A stretch of 64,000 nucleotides of DNA from Tubiluchus corallicola (lineage: Eukaryota > Animalia > Priapulida), in assembly GCA_030141605.1 (NCBI GenBank), contig JAQGDQ010000281.1:124001-188000 (forward strand). Direction: 5' to 3'. The notes beneath the pieces were generated by a model. That model worked only from the letters and a program-made list of their open reading frames with translations, was not told the origin of the DNA and ran no database searches. The translations under genes and the position numbers were made by a program. How positions within the stretch are numbered: the first letter of the stretch is position 1; each line of letters starts with the position of its first letter. Of this stretch, positions 13,801 to 24,800 are shown one piece after another.

Positions 13801-14422
13801 TAAATACATCTACATTTGGTTTCACTCTACATCGAGCCTTAAATACATCTACATCTATGTTTCGCACTCATTTTTACTTGCTAGCTCTGTATTTACTTAA
13901 GAATATCAAGAAGTAACTATAAGGTTATCCACTGACTGAACTCATCTAAAAGAAGCAAAAATATAGTGCTTAGCACTTCTGGTTTATGAACCTGTCTGCC
14001 ACTGTGCGTTTTCCAGGTATCTTCGTTGCTTGTATCCTCACTTTAATCACTAAACGTGTTCCCCACCGTTTAGTGATATACGGCGATCATAAGACCCTTA
14101 TAATATAATACTGAGCTATTAAACTTACAGAATAAAAAACTATAGCAAGCAATTACAATTGTAAATACTGTTTTCGCCTGTCTACAAATAGATTAAACCG
14201 TCTGGAAATCTAACGACTAGTCTATAGAACAGATTATGCAAATTTCTCTACCTCATGTGGTCCATAAACTGTAGATAAAACTTTTGTGTTTCCCTGTTCT
14301 AAATATGCAGAACCATCAGCTTGAGCAAACACGCCCATATTACATCGAATTTTACGTAGTTCATTTGGTTTTCGTCCATCAAGCCTAAAATTTTCATCTG
14401 ATAATATTTCTAGACCCGCCAT
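10578..14422 (-). CDS. EXOSC4: Exosome complex component RRP41 (complete, 4 exons, 245 aa)
   Basis: Exons 14422-14252, 13214-13008, 11813-11744, 10867-10578 total 738 nt. MAGLEILSDENFRLDGRKPNELRKIRC..ADGSAYLEQGNTKV..YGPHE / FSMATFSTVERKQR / YPRSQIDIFIEVLQSDGG / DAGIPVKD are RNase PH-fold Rrp41 motifs. Confidence 0.96.
11744..11813 (-). CDS. EXOSC4: EXOSC4 exon 3
   Basis: VLQSDGGNFAASVNASTLALIDA; canonical splice sites. Confidence 0.95.
12225..12280 (+). mobile_element. 5S-derived SINE relic (EXOSC4 intron 2)
   Basis: aaaattaagcaa...gtatgggtgact resembles the 5S A-box/C-box region. Confidence 0.35.
13008..13214 (-). CDS. EXOSC4: EXOSC4 exon 2
   Basis: IRGARNKLLHDRAVINCQFSMATFSTVERK...QIDIFIE; canonical splice sites. 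Confidence 0.95.
14252..14422 (-). CDS. EXOSC4: EXOSC4 exon 1
   Basis: ATG at 14422; donor GAG|GTAGAG. Confidence 0.95.
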
Positions 14423-14984
14423 CACCGTAAAAGCAAAACATCTAACTTCAATTCTCAAACTTGATTTCAGTCTATTTTATTTTCTGCCCCCTTGTGATTA
14501 GTTATTAAATTCATACTTCATAGTAGAGATTGTAGATTTTTCTTGATTTAACCCGATTAAAAAATTTCTTATTTATTTATCATTTGTGCCTTTTTGTTTT
14601 TTGTAACTCGCGCACACAGGGTTAGGTTCATGTAACTCACAGGGCACACTCCCTAGATACAGGGATTCATTTTAACACATGACCCTTCAACCAGTGAGTC
14701 AAACTTCACGGAACCGGGGTAGGGCTTCTTGTTTTTTCATTAGGCTCGATCTCCTAATCCTGGTTTTTGAGTTAGGGCCACAATTTTTCTATGTTGCTGG
14801 GAGGGGTCAATATCTTGTGCATACATGGCTGACTGTGGATCATTAATTTGTGTATGGGAAAATTTCCTTTTAGTTGGTAAAAAAGCAAACTCAGGGGCAT
14901 TGGCCCAGGACACCAATTTTCTCAGTTAAGCAAGTGTGCTTGCAGTATAGCAAATGAAAGGTCTTGTTGTTATAATTATTGTGA

Positions 14985-15181
14985 TTGGAATATCGGTTAT
15001 TACATTATGCATTTTGTGGTGTTACAATATGGGTTAAACTTCGGGGTATTTACTTTATGCATTAGTTTTTTTATTACACCATCAGTTAGTTGTTACATTA
15101 CATGTTGGGTTTTTATTACATATTGCGATAATATTTTTCTGTATTACAATATCGGCCATTTATTACTTTATCTGACTCACA
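14985..15181. repeat. Degenerate 'ttattacattat' repeat element between SLC6 and EXOSC4
   Basis: Several spaced ttattaca/ttacaatat motifs, probably a MITE relic. Confidence 0.4.
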
Positions 15182-15199
15182 GTTAAAGCAGCTGATAAG

Positions 15200-15250
15200 A
15201 AAACGTAATACACAAAGACACATCTTACTTTTGCAGTAACAATTTTTATT
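15200..15250 (-). terminator. Candidate SLC6 polyadenylation signal with downstream GT-rich element
   Basis: AATAAA on the minus strand at 15245-15250, followed by tgtgtctttgtgtatt. Confidence 0.45.
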
Positions 15251-15651
15251 TTACAGCAGCATAAATTCATGAAAAGAAGCTTACTAATGGTAACACCAAT
15301 AGCAAGTGTCTTAAATCAGAATAGCACGTTTAGCATGCATATTTTAAAGATTATTATCAGCGAGCAAATTTTTATCTTAACAGCTTGAATTTCAATAATA
15401 TACGTTTACATACAAACCAGAATGGCAAACACAAAAGTAGCTATGATATGCGACATGGTTTAATTAAATGAGGCTACACGAAATATTTATTCATTTACAT
15501 TGAGAGCATTTATTAGTGCGACGTTATAACTACAAGCCTGGTCGAAGACTACATCTACAGTCATAAACTAATAAATTTTACAGATATATATTTACAAATG
15601 TTTATTATACAAACTCATATTTATTACAAATGTTTGTCTTGCAAACACATA

Positions 15652-15813
15652 TTACACTGGTGTGGCTATGAGCGGTTGATGAGTTGAAGACTCGGCCTCT
15701 ACGGCTTTGAACATCTTTTTCTGCTCCCACTCAGGAGGCACAGTTGGTTCCCACTCACTGCTGGCAGGTGCTTCTGTCCAGTTATCACATGCTGTGAAGA
15801 CACTTTGACACCG
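15652..15813 (-). CDS. SLC6 terminal exon (RCQSVF..PLIATPV*)
   Basis: Acceptor ccttgttgcag; TAA at 15652-15654. Confidence 0.82.
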   Translation of the reverse strand, partial: RCQSVFTACDNWTEAPASSEWEPTVPPEWEQKKMFKAVEAESSTHQPLIATPV

Positions 15814-18800
15814 CTGCAACAAGGCACAACTATAATTAGTATAGCATAGTAGCTACAGTCAAATTTTTACAGTATTGTAAAATTTAGGACTGACCTAATG
15901 ATTTATACCCAGGTATTTACCCTAATGAAATTACAACAGCATTGTGACTGAACTTGAATTTGTACGAAGGCTAAAACAGTTATTCAGGCAATGCAAACAT
16001 TTTTCTCACATTTCTTTAAAGAAAACGTTTCCGGCATTCACTTGAGCTTCTTTTCTTCAAAATTTATTTAACCAAATCACATTTTCTCATTAATTACAAA
16101 TTTGTATAGGCCTAGTTTAGCCAAGGACAACAAAATTTTGACTTTTCTGCTTCACCAGATTCTTCACAAACAAGAATTCACTAATCATGTCTATTATCTT
16201 ATCATGTGTTGCATAATTATATTATGTGTTATGTTTACATTGAATAGCTGCTGCAGACTCTCAGCCATGATCAGTGGCGTCGTGCCATAGGGGCCCGGGG
16301 GGGGGGCCCCCCAATTTTTTTAGAAATGTCAAAAATTGTAAAAATGTAAAAAAATTTGAAGAGCGTCAGCGGCTCGTAATGAGACCGGTAAGCAAATTTA
16401 TTTCCGAGTTTTTGACACGCGGACAGCTCTCCATAAATGCGAACAGTATGAGCATGAGTATGTGTTTACCTGAAAGTCAGGATGTAGTTAATTTGTTTGC
16501 CTGTAATCTATCTATTCAGGAGGCAGGCAGGAATAGTTAACAAAGCAGCTCGTTTAGTAGCATTAGCGTCTTTGCACAAAAGACTGTTAGTTAACAAAAC
16601 GGCTCAGTTAGCACTCGAGTTTCGTTCAGCAGTGTGTTATAATAGAGAATAAGTGAAATAATAGAGCAAAAACAATGCAAACATTGAAGTCATGTTGAGC
16701 TAGCCTAGTACCAGAGAGTCAGTTTGTCGAGCTAGCCTAGTACCAGAGAGTCGGTTTGGGAGATACCAATTTATGAGCCACGGCTCAGCCACCTCCTGAT
16801 TGGACAATACCGACTCTTTGCTGCTCCTTAGTGACTCTTTCCCACGAGTTTGCTGCATAAAAGGGCGTGATTTTGAGCACATTTCATCATTTTTCTGCTG
16901 CTAGGAAAATCTTTGCTAGTTTTCGCTGCGATTTTAGCTATATTTCTTAAACGATGTCAAGGCAGTCCAATCTGACTTCATTTTTCAAATCCAACTGTGT
17001 TGCCGACCCAGGTTCTACGGCGTCTGTATCTACTGTAACGTCGATTCCAATAGAACGAATCCAAAAGGATGAGTACATCTGTCGCAGGCCATTGCGGGAC
17101 GTAGTGGATGCATACCCAAAGACCAAAATGGGAGGAAAATCGAGATCATTTCAGGGTCAGTGGTTCAACGATAGGTCCTGGTTGGAATACGTAAAGGATA
17201 TTGATGCTCTGCGTCGTTGGTTCTGCGTCGGATTCCTGACAGCTGATAAATACTTAATTAAATTTTAATTTAATTTTTAATTTTAATTAAGTTTCCGTTG
17301 CTATAGCTTTAAGTTAAATGCCATGTTAAATAAATCGTTTTTCTTGCACGCAAAATAATGTTTATTTTTTGTAAAATTAAATTTTCAAAATTTAAAATTC
17401 AAATTTAAACAGTTAAAATCGGTTAACATTATAGTCGCCCCCCCCCAATTTTTTTGGGTGCACGACGCCGCTGGCCATGATCATGGGCATATTTACCAAT
17501 AGGCTAACTAGTTTGTAGCCTATGGTGCCAAATTTGAGGGGTACCAGATTCTAGGGGCCCAGTGTTAAGAAGGGTTAGGAAAATGTGCACCATTTCTATT
17601 GTAATTATAATGCATGCATTTCATACCAAACCACAAGCAGTTACTAAGCTCGCGCTTTTATATATGTGCCATATTAATCAACAATGATTAATTGATTATA
17701 CAAAATATACTGCACCACAAGGAGTTATGCAGTTTTTTATATATAAGCGCCATGCATTTAAATTTACGTAATTGATTAACAATAACCACGTACGTACAGG
17801 GTAACAGTGCTACTGATACATCATAACAATTAAGCATTGCGATGTGTAAATCCATAATAGAGATCAGTGGGACTGAACTACGAGCCTAGGGTGCTGTAAT
17901 ATCTTGATACTCACCCAGCCATGGTTGTTTTGGTTTGTTGGGTTTATAATTTAGACAGTTGCTGTACTACCTTTTCTTAACTTATTGCTTTAGAAAAGTA
18001 AACTTAAACTACTATGCTGTTCTTGTTCAGCATTTTTTGTGGCAAGTGACCCACCAGTAGGGGATTACAAACAAATACAGTTTTTAATTTCATTCAAGAG
18101 ATTTATTCTTTTTACTTTCTAGTCCTTCAATTCCATGTATCTTCATTTTTGTAAGAGAGTAAACTTACCTCGCAGCATCCACCGATTCCTCTGACTAGTC
18201 TGTAAATGCACCACCCCATCATCCATAATGGTATGAATCCTACTGTAGCACCATAGATTGCCAGCTCAATGATCTTGTCTTCCTTTGATAGATCACCCCA
18301 TTCACGATAGCGTGTCTCGACCCATATCCACCAAGTTACAGCAACATGTAACTAAACATAGGTTAATAATGTGTTAGGGTAGAAATTTCGCTAAGCTCGC
18401 CAATAGTACCAGGTTGGCTTCACAACAAAGTGATGAAGCCACAGAAGTGCTGAGTGTCACATTGGGCTACTGACCGAAAATCAATAATGTAGTATGGGTT
18501 TAGTATTATATTGCACCATAATGTAATGCCAGTCTTCACCAAAACTGCCTATCTCCAAGTGGCCGTCCTGCACACCCCATGCTACCATACTGTGGAAAAA
18601 TACTTTCAGCAGGTCTGGGTTCGAATCTCAGTGGAGAGTTTTTAGACCTGTTTTCTTATTATTTTTCCTTTGTATAGTCAAGAGTGAACACCTAGCTTAT
18701 AAAGTTATCGTCACAAAACATTAACAATAATGATAAAGTATTTTGGGTTGCCAGCCTTGGACATCATTAGAAGAGAATATACAAGGTATTCCCTTTTTAT

Positions 18801-21800
18801 TGCAAACAATGTTTACTTACACTACAGAGGAGTGGTGTGATGGTCACCCATAAGACGTCCATAATTACATTATGATCTCTTCGCCTGCCAAGCATCTGTT
18901 TAATAATTTCGTACAGCATTCGCCGCACGCCTGATAGATAATCTGAAAAATTAAACAGTGTACATAACTATCCTTTAATTGTAGTACAGGATATACACTC
19001 AGCAGTTGTTGCATTGCCAGCATGTAGTTTTAAAAATCACGGTCCCACAAAATCATGCATATCACACATGCAAGTTCAAAAACTTTACTGCTGTATATCA
19101 CTAAGCCTACATAAAATTACACAAACCAATATTTGAAGTGTGGTAGTTTAAGGTACATGAACCATATTGTCTCCATGTATATTCTGTAAGTTTTTACAAG
19201 TGTTTTTTGCAGGTTTTTATGCTTTTTATTTGTGCGCTGTGAAAGGTTTCTCAACTGCTTTGTGACATAATTAAGGATGTGTAGGAGAATAGTGAGAGAG
19301 AAAAACGTTAGAGGGTTTAGAGGGTAATTTTGCGATAAGGGCTATGTTGGTATTTAAAAACATCATAAACAAAACATTCAGTGTAATAAAAAGCATTACT
19401 AACATGCAAGGTTTTATGTAGAGCAGTAGGATTGATGTCTATAGAAAAGGAAAAGCAGACAAGGAAGGACATACTTTTAATACTTTTAATACAATTGCAA
19501 TGGGTTTGAAAAGTGCCCTAATGGTTAATTTTTTTCTGAAATTCAAGATTGTGTTGTCATTAAGAATTTTGTTATTATTAATCACTAGTAAAATTTTATT
19601 ACAAGTTTTGAGGTGGCAATATTTATAGTTTTATGTCCTGGTTTATAATTTCCTGTTTATAAACATTGACAGGCTTTGCCCGGAAGTCTCAGACTGTGTC
19701 TGGCCTGGATGCATTGGGTGTCACCTCAGTGTCAATACCTAATTTCCTGATTTTACCTTGAAAGAAGTACAGCTTGCAGAGCACAGTGACACAGTCTGCA
19801 CTCTGTTATCAAACGAAAATGTCACTACTACGCACACACTTCAAAACAAATGTCGTGATAGTGTGTACTTGGCTACAAAGTTAAGCTACACTGCATATGG
19901 TAAGTAAATAGATTAGTATGTCACAGGAAATCAGCTTATGGGCAGTTTTATTCGCCATATCGCCTCCAATTATTTCTCTTCTTGGGAAAGGATGTATGCA
20001 CTGAAAATTGAGCAGTTTCAAGGTCTCATCTCAGAGGACTGTCATAGGCAATCAGCTAGGTTCTGATCCCAATACTACCATTCCTCATTACTTTATAGGA
20101 CCATAGGTACCTTTCAGTGCCTGAGAGCATGTAGTGTGCCAATCTGTGCAAGAAAAACTAGCTCTGTAGCTGACGTACAATAATCTAATCGAAATTAAGC
20201 TGCAAGTTGCACCTATCCCACGAAAAATTTCATATGTAATAATTTAAATTATATAATTGTTTGTTTACATTTTCTATCACTGCTAATTTGACTTCGAAAT
20301 TGGCCAACCTTAGCACTCGTATCAAGAAAGATCTCATTAATGACAATCACTGGAGAGGTCTGTCTTTACGCACTATACTTCTACTTATGGAAAACTAACA
20401 AATTACTAAAAATGTCACCTATCAAGATGCATTTAATAAAACACAAAAATTCATAAGTACAGAAGGATGAAAAAGTATAAAAGTTCATTACTTACTATAT
20501 ACAATTCCAAATGCTATACACTGAAGAACTATAAACAATGGTCCTTGCCATAGACCCTCATATTTTCGAATCAAATCAACGATGCGGAATCCATGCTAAA
20601 AGTACAAGTTACATTTATCAGAAAGAGTTACTTGTTATAGTATGCCAATGTAATGATGATTATTGAAATATTTTGAGTGACAGCAATAGGGATAAAATCT
20701 ACTTAGATACTAATTTGATTGTACGAAAATGTTATGAGGTGTCTTAGCATAAGAACTGAACTTAGGGCCCTTGTGATTGGAAATGGGATACCAATCAGTG
20801 GCAATCAAAAAGCTTTGGGTTCAATCCTAACTGAGAAACTCGGGCATTTTTTAAAGCAGTATAATCAGAACATGTTTCTTGGCAGTGAGGGCATTAAAAT
20901 CTGAATTAATCTGACTGTTACAGGTTATTAGTACAAATTAATGGCCACAACACTTACCTTAGTAGTTGTTGGAAGCCCAGCTATGACAAACATAATACAT
21001 ATTGCAGCGTGAAGCATAACTCGTCGTCTGAACGTACCCAGAGCCTGAGAAGAAAGAAGCACTCCACATCAATACAAAATTTAATCCAATTTATAGCAAG
21101 TTTAAGAAAAAGACATAGGAGTTTATACACTTAAAATTCTGAAGTAATAATGGAAAATATGATAAAAAATGTATATGCAGTAACAAAAAACAACAATAAC
21201 AAGGAAACTAGTTAAAGCAAACTCACCCGAGGGAATTGATCACACAGTGATGTTTTAATATTTTCGACTAGAATAAGTGAAGTGCTGAAGAAGATGAGCA
21301 CGATCATGAGATAATAACATATGGAGAAAAAGTGACCAATATCTATTCGCATCACCGCTTCTGGTAACAACTTGAACACATAAAAATAATCTGTGCAAAA
21401 GTAAAAAAAAATTGTTAAGTTATTCCACACAAAGGCAATTACGCTCTGATATTTCAATTAACAGCAATTGTCAATTATCTGATCAAAACAAATAATTTAA
21501 GGACAAACAACAAATCAAGTAGGAAAGACTCTCAATCAAATAATCAATCACACGGTGAATTACTTAGTCATCTACATGGCAAATAAATCACTCCATTAGT
21601 TAGTCAGCCAGTCCGTTAGTCAGTCAGTTACTCAGTCAGACTTTTATTTTTAAGTTATGTTATGTACTTGTGCTATGAACTTATGTTTGAAATAAGGTAA
21701 TAAATTAAATAAAATCAGTCAGGCAGTCAGTCAGTCAGTCTGTCAGTTGTCAATAAGAAAATACAGAAAAAATTAAATGGTAAAGTAACAACGAAAAGAA

Positions 21801-24800
21801 ACAAACTTACTACTAAAATCAACAGATGAAATAGGTTTTGACCAGGAGTATGCATAAAAGCCTGCATAGGAGTAAATGACAACAGCATGCAACATGTTAA
21901 TGAAGAAACTCCACAGTACGACAAGCCACGTGTCACGCAGGCAGCCATGAGTAAACCCATTATAGCTTGACAATGTGGCATAGACTCCGTAACTCAACAA
22001 TAGATTCTCAATCACTAAAATACCACAGTTGTACCATAACTGAAACAGTGAATTGCAATTTGTGATAATTAGCACTAAAGATGACAAATAGCAGTTACAT
22101 ATCATAGCAGAAAAAGCAAGATTTATGTTGTCATACTTTACATAAAAAAAGGCATGAAATTGCATACTCTATAATTGGCCAGTTGTTGAAGATATGACGA
22201 GTTCTCATCAGTTCCGAGCGAGGTTTGTGTGGTGAACATTGCAATAATACTGTCTGTTCCATTTTGCAGGGTCACGCCTCGTATTAGTAGTACAACAAGG
22301 CAAATCAAAGGCAGCAACGTTGAAGCCCAAACCACCTACAAACACAGATATACGGTTATAGATACTAATTCATAAATTAGATTGAATAGGCCGACAGTTT
22401 TGGTAAAATAATGCTTTGCATCAATGTCCTACAAGCACTACATGGTTCCACTTTCTAGACTTCCAGTTTGACTTTACAGTCTTTGGATGTTTTCTCTGCA
22501 CGTATGTTTAAACCTGATTCAACTAGTTTGACATTAACGAGTTTTCACAGAGGTTCTTGTATTAATTTTTATCCTGGCTCCAATCACTTTCAGATTCAGA
22601 CATTCGTCTTAAGATTCCAAAAATGACTTTACACAATTTCAACCATTTCGGACTGTTGATAAACAATTGTGCACCTAAAATCTTAATCAAGTAATATAAT
22701 TTTTTTACATACAGTTTCAGCATGATTTTTTTTAGTCACGAATGCTTGAGGATATGCATGAAGCTGTGCAATGCTGTGAAAAGACAAGTTCAGCAGTCTA
22801 AAGACGTGGGGCTTCATGAAAACACCATTGTTTGGTGTAAGAGCTATCTCATTTAAAATATGCACATTCAAAAAAGAACAAACCTTTCCTAGAGATTTAA
22901 TTCCCCACATGAGACTTGCAAAGAGAAATGCCCAAATCATGACTAGACAGGCAACAATCCAGGCCCTAGGGTAGCCCAGTGCTGGATTGGGATCGGAGGG
23001 ATCAACATGTGACCTAAAAGGAAAGAATGTGGTGCAATAAATGATACCTCCAATAAAACAAAAGAAACATACTTTCTCAGTGTATTAAATGATATAATTA
23101 TTTTATACAGTACCTACTAAACTTCAGTGTTTGACTTACTGTAGCAAATGCAAAAAGGTAATTATTTTGTAAAGTTAAAATTCTTTATTACATAGTCAAA
23201 AACTTGTGGCTCCTCATCAAAAAAATTCTTGTGTAGCCTACCACATTTTGACAAGAAGCAAAATTTGCCCTAAAATGAATGCACTACATATCACATATAT
23301 GGCCCTATTTCAGAGATTATAAAGCACCATTTTCTGAGCCCTATAACACCAACTTAATAGAATTTTCCCCAGGGATACATTATTGGTTCCCTGAGGTAAC
23401 TGATACAAATTTTCACAATGTAGTGACTGATTTTGCTGCTTTATGTCACTCAGCAACAGATCCAATAGAGCATTTTAAAAGTATAAGGAAGTAAACTGTT
23501 TATACACTGTCCAGATAATGATCTTCAAGTATTTAATGGTAAGGAATTAAAAGTATTCTGGTAGTTGCACTGTCAACATAGTTTAGAGTCGCATCACTTA
23601 CCAAAACAAATACTGTATTTACAAAAATAAAACAGATCAAAATCTCTTGTTTATGTGCACAAACAAAGCCCAAATGTCTGTAGTCTTAAACATTTCCTGC
23701 CATTCATGATAACAATCAAAATGTCTACAGTTCACTCAAATAAGTCAACTTAAAGTAATCTAATATAATCTATATAAACTATCTTAAATCAATTCACTGA
23801 AAACATGTTTTGCCTGGTGAATACTGCTGCATAACTGTAATTGCGCAACTTTAGAAGTAAAAAGCGAGTTGACACTGTAGCTTTATCAAATATAGTATGT
23901 ACTTATCCCAATGTTATCAAGAATCCCAACTTATAAACTGCTATACTGCTACTGGTAAGACCCAAGTACTCTTCAGTGCAACTGACAGCCCTGCTGGTTT
24001 GGTACAATCATATAATATGTTAATGTTAATATATTTACTTTAATTTTAAAGATAAGAAAAAATTCTAAATTTATTATGTTTTCCCGGAATTTAATCAGGG
24101 AATTTCTCTGCATGTGCAAACTGCATCATTCATAATTATTTATGAAGTCAGCATATGAGAAGCATTGATGTAGACACTGGATTTCTTAAAAAAATGGAGT
24201 TTCTTGGAGCTCTGCACTTGGAGCTTCTTGTTTCTCTCACTTCATCAGATACCAACTGAGCTACTTCTCTAGATAATGGCATGGGTATATCTAAATCTGA
24301 AATTCCTGTTGAAATCTGACTTACGTGAAGTATTCATCGACTGGCGAACTTCTAAGAGCGTCGAATCCTAAAGGATCTGTAAACGCAAATACTGTTGATA
24401 CATTGCCCGCATTCTCCTGATTCGTTGTTCCATCCCAACAGTCTGAAACACATATGTCAAACAAATTGAGGTGCAAGGTGAATTTGAACAGGTATAGGTG
24501 CCCTATAAAATACCATGCCCTAGATATCATGATGTTAAAATTGCTGTCCCTTGCTGTTAAAATTGGAGCATTGTGTCTAAATAGGATGTTAACCACAACA
24601 TTTATTTGTGTTCAGACTCTACGTCATGGTAAAATTTGGAAAAAGCCAACATTCTATTATGTGTTTATAGATTTACCACATTTTACCAATTTGCATTCAT
24701 TACTGTGTAGGATTTACTCAGTTTTGTTTGAACAATTATTGGCAAAAACAATTCAACTAAAAAAAAACAAACTCAATGTTTTTGACGAAAAATATCATTT

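Noticed and set aside
20780-20835. tRNA gene candidates (B-box GGTTCAATCC here; GGTTCGAATC near 18619)
   Set aside because: No cloverleaf could be formed; these are likely tRNA-SINE relics.
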